64,000 bases of DNA, from the NCBI GenBank assembly GCA_965204725.1, contig OZ242005.1, forward strand, positions 1,248,001 to 1,312,000. The letters run 5' to 3'. Of this stretch, positions 57,170 to 64,000 are shown piece by piece. A model generated the notes under the pieces. That model was not told where the DNA came from. It saw nothing but the letters and a program-made list of their open reading frames with translations, and did not search any database. This stretch comes from Candidatus Latescibacterota bacterium. Its GTDB lineage: Bacteria > Latescibacterota > UBA2968 > UBA8231. Position 1 is the first letter of the stretch. The number at the start of each line of letters is the position of its first letter. The position numbers and the translations under genes are program-made.

Positions 57170-58759
57170 ATGCGTTTCTTCAATACGGCCGGCCCGATCA
57201 AGACGGACCTCCACTACCACGTTCCGTTGCTATCGCGGCTCGACCTCGACGATGTGCTGCTGCTCATTCGGCAGGAGAAGTACTTCGTCCTGCACGCGCC
57301 GCGGCAGACGGGCAAGACCTCGGCCTTGTTCGCCTTAAAGGACGCCCTGAACGCCAGTGGTGAATTCCGCTGCGTATATGCGAACATTGAGGCCGCCCAG
57401 ACGGCGCGCGAGGACGTCGCACGGGCGATGCGGGCGATCCTCGCCGAACTACAACTTGCGGCAGCCGATTTACTGGGCGATGAGGCGCGGATGGCCCGGT
57501 GGCCTGGGGTGCTGGAGGAGGTGGGGCCGGATGGCGCGCTCCGGGTCGCGCTGGCGCGTTGGGCGGCGGCCGACCCCAAGCCCTTGGTGCTGCTGCTCGA
57601 CGAGGTGGACGCGCTGGTCGGCGACAGCCTGCTGTCGGTGCTGAGGCAGCTCCGCGCTGGCTACCCCGACCGCCCGCGTCGCTTTCCCCAGAGCGTCATC
57701 CTCTGCGGGGTGCGCGACGTGCGCGACTACCGCATTCAGTCGTCCGCTGAAAACGCCATCATTGCCGGGGGTAGTGCCTTCAACATCCGCGCCGAGTCCC
57801 TGCGGCTTGGGGATTTTTCCCGGCCGGAGGTCGAGGCCCTGCTGGCGCAGCATACCGCCGTGACCGGCCAAGCGTTCACCGACGCGGCGCGACACGACGT
57901 CTGGACGCTGACCCAAGGCCAGCCGTGGCTGGTCAATGCGCTGGCGTATGAGGCCTGTTTTAAGAACAAGGCCGGGCGCGACCGTAGCCGGGCGATCACT
58001 GCCGATGCGATCCAAGACGCCCGCGAGCAGCTAATCCTGCGCCGCGAGACGCACCTCGACCAACTCACCGACAAGCTCCAAGAGGAGCGAGTGCGTCGCG
58101 TGATCGAGCCGCTGCTGAAAGGGGCCGATGACGCGGGATCGTTTGCCGACGACGACTTGCAGTACGTGCGCGACTTGGGCTTGGTCGCACAGCACCGCCC
58201 CGTCGCCATCGCCAACCCGATCTACCGCGAGGTCATCCCCCGCGCTCTCACCTGGACCACGCAGGAGATGTCGATCCACCACGACCCGGCTTGGTACGTC
58301 GATGACAGCGGTCGCTTGCAGGTGAGCAAGTTGCTGACGGCGTTCCAAGGGTTTTTCCGCGAGCATTCCGAGCACTGGGTGGAGCGGTTCCAGTACAAGG
58401 AAGCGGGGCCGCAGTTGCTGCTGCAAGCGTTCTTGCAGCGCATCGTCAACAGCGGCGGGCGCATTGAGCGCGAGTATGGCTTGGGTCGGCGTCGCACCGA
58501 TTTGCTGCTGGTGTGGCCGGTGGATAGAGATCGCGGTCGGCCGCAAAAGGTGGTCATTGAGTGCAAGGTGCTGCACGGGGGCTTTGAGCGGACGTTGCGC
58601 GAAGGGCTGGCGCAGACGCGCGCTTACATGGACCGCTGCGCTACGGCCGAGGGACACTTGGTGCTGTTCGACCGGAGCGAGGGCACGTCGTGGGACGACA
58701 AGGTGTATCGCCGCGAGGAAACCGAAGGGGGGGTGCCGGTCGCCGTGTGGGGGATGTGA
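57170..58759 (+). CDS. AAA-like ATPase with C-terminal PD-(D/E)XK nuclease-like domain
   Basis: MRFFNTAGP, HAPRQTGKTS, LDEVD, QGQPWLVNAL, REYGLGRRRTDL...VIECK. Confidence 0.88.
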   Translation: MRFFNTAGPIKTDLHYHVPLLSRLDLDDVLLLIRQEKYFVLHAPRQTGKTSALFALKDALNASGEFRCVYANIEAAQTAREDVARAMRAILAELQLAAADLLGDEARMARWPGVLEEVGPDGALRVALARWAAADPKPLVLLLDEVDALVGDSLLSVLRQLRAGYPDRPRRFPQSVILCGVRDVRDYRIQSSAENAIIAGGSAFNIRAESLRLGDFSRPEVEALLAQHTAVTGQAFTDAARHDVWTLTQGQPWLVNALAYEACFKNKAGRDRSRAITADAIQDAREQLILRRETHLDQLTDKLQEERVRRVIEPLLKGADDAGSFADDDLQYVRDLGLVAQHRPVAIANPIYREVIPRALTWTTQEMSIHHDPAWYVDDSGRLQVSKLLTAFQGFFREHSEHWVERFQYKEAGPQLLLQAFLQRIVNSGGRIEREYGLGRRRTDLLLVWPVDRDRGRPQKVVIECKVLHGGFERTLREGLAQTRAYMDRCATAEGHLVLFDRSEGTSWDDKVYRREETEGGVPVAVWGM

Positions 58760-58859
58760 TGTAATGTTTAACGCGCAGGATTTCTTGCCGGGTTCCACCC
58801 TATTTAATATGCAGATTCTAACGCCTGCCCAAGCCATACGGCGGCTGAAGAAAGGATGA
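58758..58859 (+). pseudogene. C-terminal remnant of a PIN-family toxin
   Basis: VMFNAQDFLPGSTLFNMQILTPAQAIRRLKKG* resembles PIN C-termini (VTFNxxDF...ILTP); stop overlaps the antitoxin ATG (ATGA). Confidence 0.6.
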
Positions 58860-59110
58860 AGATCATGGCTAGCACGAACCCGTATTCCCTCCATCTACTG
58901 GCCTCGCTCAAATCCGAGGCCGAAAAAGTGGCGGCAGCCGAGGGCACGACGCTAAACCAGTTTATCAACGTGGCCGTAGCGGAGAAGCTAGCGGCTTTGC
59001 GGACCGCCCGCTACTTCCAAGACCGGGCTGCTGGTGCCGATTTGGAGGCTTTTGACCGTCTCTTGGCAATGGCAGGTGATGAGCCACCGCGCCTTGAGGA
59101 TGAGATGTAA
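58856..59110 (+). CDS. Ribbon-helix-helix (HicB-family-annotated) antitoxin
   Basis: YSLHLLASLK..AEKVAAAEGTTLNQFINVAVAEKLAALRTA.YF. Confidence 0.8.
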   Translation: MKIMASTNPYSLHLLASLKSEAEKVAAAEGTTLNQFINVAVAEKLAALRTARYFQDRAAGADLEAFDRLLAMAGDEPPRLEDEM

Positions 59111-59132
59111 AGTTACTCATGGACGAAGCAGT

Positions 59133-59375
59133 ATGGCCTCTATAGTTGAGCAATATGCCCCTCTGATTCCCGTTGTGAAGCAGTCTCCCAAGCAGTATCT
59201 ATGGTCTTCCTATGATGCCGAAGCCGACGTGTTGTATGTGAACTTCAAAAAGCCCAGCCACGCCGACGATAGCGAACTGACCGACGATGACGTAGTCATC
59301 CGCTACGAGCAAGGCCAAGTGATCGGTCTGACGATCCTCAACGCCAGCCGGCGTTTGCCGCCCGCCACCCCCTGA
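59133..59375 (+). CDS. DUF2283 family protein (putative antitoxin), orphan
   Basis: YDAEADVLYVNF...DDVVIRY..GQVIGLTILNAS.R. Confidence 0.85.
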   Translation: MASIVEQYAPLIPVVKQSPKQYLWSSYDAEADVLYVNFKKPSHADDSELTDDDVVIRYEQGQVIGLTILNASRRLPPATP

Positions 59376-59376
59376 A

Positions 59377-59414
59377 TTGACCTATTTATATCCAATTGGT
59401 TATGATGCTATAAT
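59377..59414 (+). promoter_or_regulatory. Promoter and palindromic operator of the higBA-like operon
   Basis: TTGACC-18 nt-TATGAT, plus TATAAT at 59409; near-palindrome ATATCCAATTGGTTAT at 59388-59403. Confidence 0.55.
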
Positions 59415-59419
59415 GCTTT

Positions 59420-59785
59420 ATGAACTACGAAAGACTGAACTTAAAAGAGGCTATATGGATCGGGGATTCTAAGGCAAAGCTGAAGGAATTCCCGGAGTCT
59501 GTTCAAAAGGATATAGGGGACGCTCTGTTTATTGCACAGGCGGGAAGCATGTCGCCAGCGGCCAAACCATTCAGGGGCGTTGGCTCAGGAGTTTTTGAAA
59601 TACGGGCAGATCACAGAACAGACACTTACCGTGCTGTGTATGCGGTGAAAATAGGAGAGAGGGTTTATGTGCTGCATTGTTTTCAAAAAAAATCAAGGCG
59701 CGGAATAAAAACTCCAAAGGAAGAGATAGACCTTATCAAGAGACGTCTAAAAATGGCACGGGAACTGGAGGCGAATGAATTATGA
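59420..59785 (+). CDS. higB: RelE/HigB (Gp49-like) toxin
   Basis: WIGDSK..LKEFP, AKPFRG.GSGVFEI, TYRAVY, YVLHCFQKKS..GIKTP. Confidence 0.9.
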   Translation: MNYERLNLKEAIWIGDSKAKLKEFPESVQKDIGDALFIAQAGSMSPAAKPFRGVGSGVFEIRADHRTDTYRAVYAVKIGERVYVLHCFQKKSRRGIKTPKEEIDLIKRRLKMARELEANEL

Positions 59786-60105
59786 CCGAGAAGATTCTGT
59801 TTGAAAAGAGTTCAGGCAATGTGTTTGAGGATCTCGGCTTGCCAGACGCAGAGGAATTATTTCTTAGGGCGACGCTTGGATTTAAGGTGTTTCAGATTAT
59901 AGAAGATCGGAAGCTGACCCAAACAGAAGCCGCGGAGATTTTAGGGGTTAAGCAACCTGAAATATCCCGGTTGAAGAAGGGCGAGTTTAACCATTACAGC
60001 GTTGAGCGGTTAATGACGTTTCTCAATCGACTGAATCTCGATATTGAGATTCGCATTATTCCCTCAGAAGATAGAGAAGGACAGCAGCGAGTTGTTGCTG
60101 TTTAG
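59782..60105 (+). CDS. higA: XRE-family HTH antitoxin (HigA-like)
   Basis: SSGNVFEDLGL, LTQTEAAEILGVKQPEISRL, SVERLM.FL; ATGA coupling to the toxin. Confidence 0.9.
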   Translation: MTEKILFEKSSGNVFEDLGLPDAEELFLRATLGFKVFQIIEDRKLTQTEAAEILGVKQPEISRLKKGEFNHYSVERLMTFLNRLNLDIEIRIIPSEDREGQQRVVAV

Positions 60106-60181
60106 CTCTTCCAACTCCTTTGGCGCATCATTGGATTATTGTCGGCTATCGCCAGAGGACTGTTAAAGAGGGGCCACGCTT

Positions 60182-62098
60182 ATGCGAAAGACCTGTATCC
60201 GACTTGTGCTCGCCCTCGTTTGCCTGACTGGCGGCGCGGATGCGCTGACGATTTATCGGATCGGCGGGGCGTCGCTGCCGCGGCCGGAGTTGGCCGAGGG
60301 AGTGGAGTTTGTGCAGCTCGATTGGGGGGCGGTGGAAGCGGCCCAGCATGGCCACGTCGAATCCCTGAAAATCGATGCGGACTTCGTCGAGCCGGAGCAA
60401 CTGGACCCGTCGGTGAACCTGACGCCGCGCCTCAAGGAGCGCGGAGGCCGGGTGCAGACGCTGGTCTGGCGGGGCTGGGAGCAAAGCGGCGACACCGAGG
60501 CCGTGCTCTGGGACGAAGATGTCGAGACCGTTTTCTTGGGCGACGGGCACTGGACCACCTCGGGCATCGGCGTCCGCAACAAGAGCCTAATTTTCGAGTT
60601 CGGAGGCAACTTCACGGTGGAGCGCGTCAAGTTCTATCCGCGGGCGCGCTTTGAGGAAGAGCGTTTTCTCCAGCGCTTTATCATCGGCATCAGCGACGGC
60701 AACCCGCTCAAAGAGGGCACACGCGAGTACTCGGCCGGGACGCGCGGCTCCTTCTTCGACTTCGACATCGTGCATCAGGCCACGGAGAACACGACCTCGG
60801 TGGTCGAACTGGACCTGCCGCCGGTGCCGATCCGCCGCATGCTCTTTGAAGCCCCGGAAAACACTCAGGGCATCTGGGAAATCGCCGAGTTTGAAATCTA
60901 CGGCAAGGGCTTTACGCCCACGGCGCGCTACGTGTCCAATGTCCTCGATTTGGGCGGGCGAGCCGCGCTGGGCGAACTTAGCTGGGGTAGCCAAGTCGAT
61001 CCGGGCGCGCAAATTGAGCTGAGTATGCGCGCCGGCGACGACAGCGACCCCAACACCTATTGGCGCAGCACGTTCCGCGGCGATGAGCGGACTCGACTCG
61101 ATGCCCGGGGGCGGCCTTTGACCCGGCGGTCGTACAATCGGCTGGAGCGGGCGCAGCAGGCCGGAATGACGCCCGATACTGAAAACTGGGAAGGCTGGAG
61201 CGCGGCCTACGACTTGGCGCTGGGCAGCGCACCCATGCAGGGGACGCGACCGCGGCAATTCGTGCAGCTTAGGGCCCGCTTCCAATCTACGGTAGAGGCT
61301 GGTGGGCGGCTGAACTTCGTGCAATTCGCCGCGTCTAGGCCGCCGATGGCCTCCTTAGTTTCGGCCGAGATCGCGCCGACCCTAGCGCCGACGGGCGCGG
61401 CGACCGAGTTCACGTACATGCTGCTGCCGCGACTGGCGGCCGAAGACTTGGGTTTCGACGCCATTGAGATTGACACGCCGACCCAGGCCGAGGGCATTGA
61501 CGCGGTGCGCTACAGCGGCGAAGAGGTGGCCTTTGCGGTGCGACGGCTCGATGAGCGCGGCTTTGAGATTGAAGTGCCGCGGATCGATCAGGCCCGCGAT
61601 GGCGAGCTGATAGAAGTGGTCTTTCGCTGCGAGGTGTTCAAGTTCGGGACCCTGTTTGCCGGTCGCGTCCACGACAGCACGAGGCCGGGGGAAGTGCGCC
61701 AAGTGGTGACGCCGGGCGAGGTGGTCGAGCGGGTCGAGGGCAATACCCTGAGCGTGGGGCTGACCCAGATCGCCGAGCAGGTGGTCGGCGCGCTCCGGCT
61801 GGTGCCCGCCGCGTTCTCGCCCAACGGCGACCAGATCAACGACGCCGTGCGGATTGAATACGACTTATTGAATGTCAGCGGAAATGTCCAAGTAGCGGTG
61901 GTGCTCTACGATTTGCAGGGGGCGCGGCTCGGCGAGGTCTTCCGCGGCCCGGCGCAGAGCGGACCGTTTGCCGCCGTGTGGGATGGCCGGGACCCAACCG
62001 GCGCGCTGCTCGCGCCCGGGCTGTACGTCCTGCGCCTCGAAGTAGAGACCGACGGCGGCACCAAGGCCCGCTCGCGCATCGTCGCGCTGGCGTACTGA
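60182..62098 (+). CDS. Secreted protein with C-terminal PNGDG/FlgD-Ig-like domain ('type A' paralog)
   Basis: Signal peptide; YRIGG; WEIAEFEIYG.GF; RAGDDSDPNTY; WEGWS; FSPNGDQIND...WDGRD...PGLY...ALAY*. Confidence 0.8.
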   Translation: MRKTCIRLVLALVCLTGGADALTIYRIGGASLPRPELAEGVEFVQLDWGAVEAAQHGHVESLKIDADFVEPEQLDPSVNLTPRLKERGGRVQTLVWRGWEQSGDTEAVLWDEDVETVFLGDGHWTTSGIGVRNKSLIFEFGGNFTVERVKFYPRARFEEERFLQRFIIGISDGNPLKEGTREYSAGTRGSFFDFDIVHQATENTTSVVELDLPPVPIRRMLFEAPENTQGIWEIAEFEIYGKGFTPTARYVSNVLDLGGRAALGELSWGSQVDPGAQIELSMRAGDDSDPNTYWRSTFRGDERTRLDARGRPLTRRSYNRLERAQQAGMTPDTENWEGWSAAYDLALGSAPMQGTRPRQFVQLRARFQSTVEAGGRLNFVQFAASRPPMASLVSAEIAPTLAPTGAATEFTYMLLPRLAAEDLGFDAIEIDTPTQAEGIDAVRYSGEEVAFAVRRLDERGFEIEVPRIDQARDGELIEVVFRCEVFKFGTLFAGRVHDSTRPGEVRQVVTPGEVVERVEGNTLSVGLTQIAEQVVGALRLVPAAFSPNGDQINDAVRIEYDLLNVSGNVQVAVVLYDLQGARLGEVFRGPAQSGPFAAVWDGRDPTGALLAPGLYVLRLEVETDGGTKARSRIVALAY

Positions 62099-62109
62099 GA
62101 GGAGCGGGA

Positions 62110-64000
62110 ATGCGCTGCATGGCCGTCGTTTTGCTAGGGGTCGCCGCGGTCCATGCCCAAGGAGGCTACCGGCTCACCGCCGACCAGCTCGTCATCGACC
62201 GCGCCGCGCACTGGCGCGCTTGGGAGTTTCCGGTGGGTACGCTGACGATCGATCCAAGCGGTGCGGTGACGCCGTTTGCCCTGCGCCGCAACATCGACGC
62301 CACCCAAGACATCGTCCACTTCTTGCGCCTGCATCCGCCCGAAGACCTCGCCCGGGACAAGGCCGTTGAGGCCATTGAACTCGCCGATGCCATAGAAGCG
62401 GGTTCCAACGCGCCCGGCGTGCTCAACGCGCTCGACGGGGACTTGGCGACCTACTGGGAGCCTGAGCCGGTCGGGGATGCTGCCGAGTTGGGTTCGCATT
62501 GGTGGTTTACCATCGATCTGGGCCGGTTGGTAATCGCCAAGCTCATCGTGCTCAAGTTCGTGGAAGAAGGGCGCGGCGATCCTTTCCTACAGTACGACGT
62601 GCTGATCTCCGACGGCGAGGTGCCGGAGAAGTTTATCTCTTCGGAGGAGCCGGAGTTCGATGTGGTGTGGCGCACGCTCAAGCCGAACAAGACCGAGCGG
62701 CGGCTGGAAATTTCCCTCGGCGAGCGCGCCGCCGCCGAGGAGCAGGAGCTGTCGGACCAGCCGCTCAACGCCCCGCCGACTTCGGCGGTTTCGACCGCGC
62801 AGCAAGAGTTCGTCGGCACTGGAGTGCGGCTGGTGCAGGTGGTGGTGCGCGGCTCGGATTTCGACCGCGGGTTCGAGGTCAGCCCGCCGGAGTACGAGGC
62901 GTTGCCGGCGGCTGAGCAGGGCGCGGTCGTCTATTCCAAGCTACAGCGCGACGGCCGTCGCACCGAGGTCGTTGCGGCCGATTACGCGCAGTTACCAGCC
63001 GACCAGCAGGGCGGGATCGCGTACTATCGCTGGGAGCGGCCCCGGCTGGCCGAACTCGAGGTTTGGCACGAGGGCGACGACGCGCTGATTGCCGCCTTGG
63101 CCCGGGGCGGCGACGTCTTTGCCTCGCAAGGGCTGCCCGTGGGACGGACCATCGACGGCAACGTGCAGACTTATGTCGATCTGATCTTCTCCTTCGACCG
63201 CCAGACCATTCCCGGTCCCGAAGGCCATTTGAGTTTCGACCTCGGCTCGACGTACTGGCTCGACACCTTTCGCATTGCCTACGGCGGCCAAGCGATCCGC
63301 GACCGCTTTAGCTTTCCCTCCTATCGGCTCGACGCCTCGGACGGGGCGCTCAATGCCGACGGCAGCCTCAAGTGGACCACTGTGGCCCGTCGCCAACAGT
63401 CGAGTACGCGCAAGGAATACGAGGGGCACGATTTCGGGCTGATTAAGACGCGCTTTTTTCGCATCGTGTGGGAGCAAATCATCGTGCCCGTCGGCGGGCA
63501 CCGGGGATTTCCCGCTTCGGTGCAGCTCTACGGCGAGGGGTTTCAGCCCGAGGTCTGGCTCGAGTCGGGCTTGGTGCGGCTGGGCGGGCGGCGGAATCTG
63601 CTGTCGATAGCATGGGACGCCGATGCGCCGCCGGGTACTCGGGTGCTGGTCCAGACGCGCACGGGCAATGAGTTGAGCGAGGTGCTGCACTATTTTAAGA
63701 AGGACGGCACGGAGATTTCCGAGAGGGAATACAACAATCCGACGCTCTTGGACATATTCAAGGGGCCGGTCGTCGCCGAGGAGGTGGAAGGGGATGACTG
63801 GAGCGGCTGGAGCCAGCCCTACGAGGACCCAACGGGCAGCGCGATTGCCTCGCCCAGCCCGCGCGAGTTCCTCAAGGTGCGAGCGACTCTGCTGTCTGAG
63901 GACCCGGCCATCCGCGCCGCGTTGCGGTCGATCCGCCTCAATTTTACCAGTCCGGTGGCCGAGGGGCTCGTCGGGGAGATCGCGCCGTTCCGGGTCGATT
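62110..64000 (+). CDS. Secreted 'type B' paralog, 3'-partial
   Basis: Hand translation MRCMAVVLLGVAAVHAQGGYRLTADQLVIDRAAHWRAWEFP...DGDLATYWEP..WWFTIDLGR...QTRTGN...WSGWS...SPSPREF; GAGGAG RBS; runs off the window. Confidence 0.8.
   Translation, partial: MRCMAVVLLGVAAVHAQGGYRLTADQLVIDRAAHWRAWEFPVGTLTIDPSGAVTPFALRRNIDATQDIVHFLRLHPPEDLARDKAVEAIELADAIEAGSNAPGVLNALDGDLATYWEPEPVGDAAELGSHWWFTIDLGRLVIAKLIVLKFVEEGRGDPFLQYDVLISDGEVPEKFISSEEPEFDVVWRTLKPNKTERRLEISLGERAAAEEQELSDQPLNAPPTSAVSTAQQEFVGTGVRLVQVVVRGSDFDRGFEVSPPEYEALPAAEQGAVVYSKLQRDGRRTEVVAADYAQLPADQQGGIAYYRWERPRLAELEVWHEGDDALIAALARGGDVFASQGLPVGRTIDGNVQTYVDLIFSFDRQTIPGPEGHLSFDLGSTYWLDTFRIAYGGQAIRDRFSFPSYRLDASDGALNADGSLKWTTVARRQQSSTRKEYEGHDFGLIKTRFFRIVWEQIIVPVGGHRGFPASVQLYGEGFQPEVWLESGLVRLGGRRNLLSIAWDADAPPGTRVLVQTRTGNELSEVLHYFKKDGTEISEREYNNPTLLDIFKGPVVAEEVEGDDWSGWSQPYEDPTGSAIASPSPREFLKVRATLLSEDPAIRAALRSIRLNFTSPVAEGLVGEIAPFRVD

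Noticed and set aside
59111-59145. Remnant of the DUF2283 partner toxin (...VWPL*)
   Set aside because: Plausible overlap with the DUF2283 start, but too short to support.
58758-60105. Integron cassette array
   Set aside because: No attC-like repeats seen between the genes and no integrase.
62134-63690. Short ORFs listed in the last 2 kb
   Set aside because: Shadows of the single frame starting at 62110 that runs off the window.

Overview
GC-rich bacterial chromosome segment. The gene content suggests an FCB-group bacterium, possibly a Latescibacterota/Gemmatimonadota-like host-associated lineage; this is inference only. The evidence is five paralogous secreted proteins with a PNGDGxND/FlgD-Ig C-terminal domain, an ankyrin-repeat lipoprotein, a sulfatase, two PhyH dioxygenases, three Gfo/Idh/MocA oxidoreductases and many toxin-antitoxin and restriction-modification genes. 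Catabolic, transport and envelope genes are interleaved with small accessory islets: a PtuA ATPase with a truncated PtuB, an ankyrin island, a NYN protein next to two orphan DNA methyltransferases, a type III R-M system with TA cassettes between mod and res, and an AAA/PD-(D/E)XK plus TA cluster. There is also a cp-ATP-grasp/alpha-E/transglutaminase operon. The most notable observations are: (1) A/B tandem pairs of an uncharacterised secreted protein family; (2) repeated truncation or loss of toxin/nuclease genes while the partners stay; (3) a degenerate duplicate of the mod 3' end flanking a TA cassette; (4) a 26-nt poly-G tract putting a GT-C-like gene out of frame; (5) window-wide CCWGG depletion with CTWGG/CCWAG excess. 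No rRNA, tRNA, CRISPR array, integrase or intact transposase was recognised. All calls are by eye from motifs; no database search was run.
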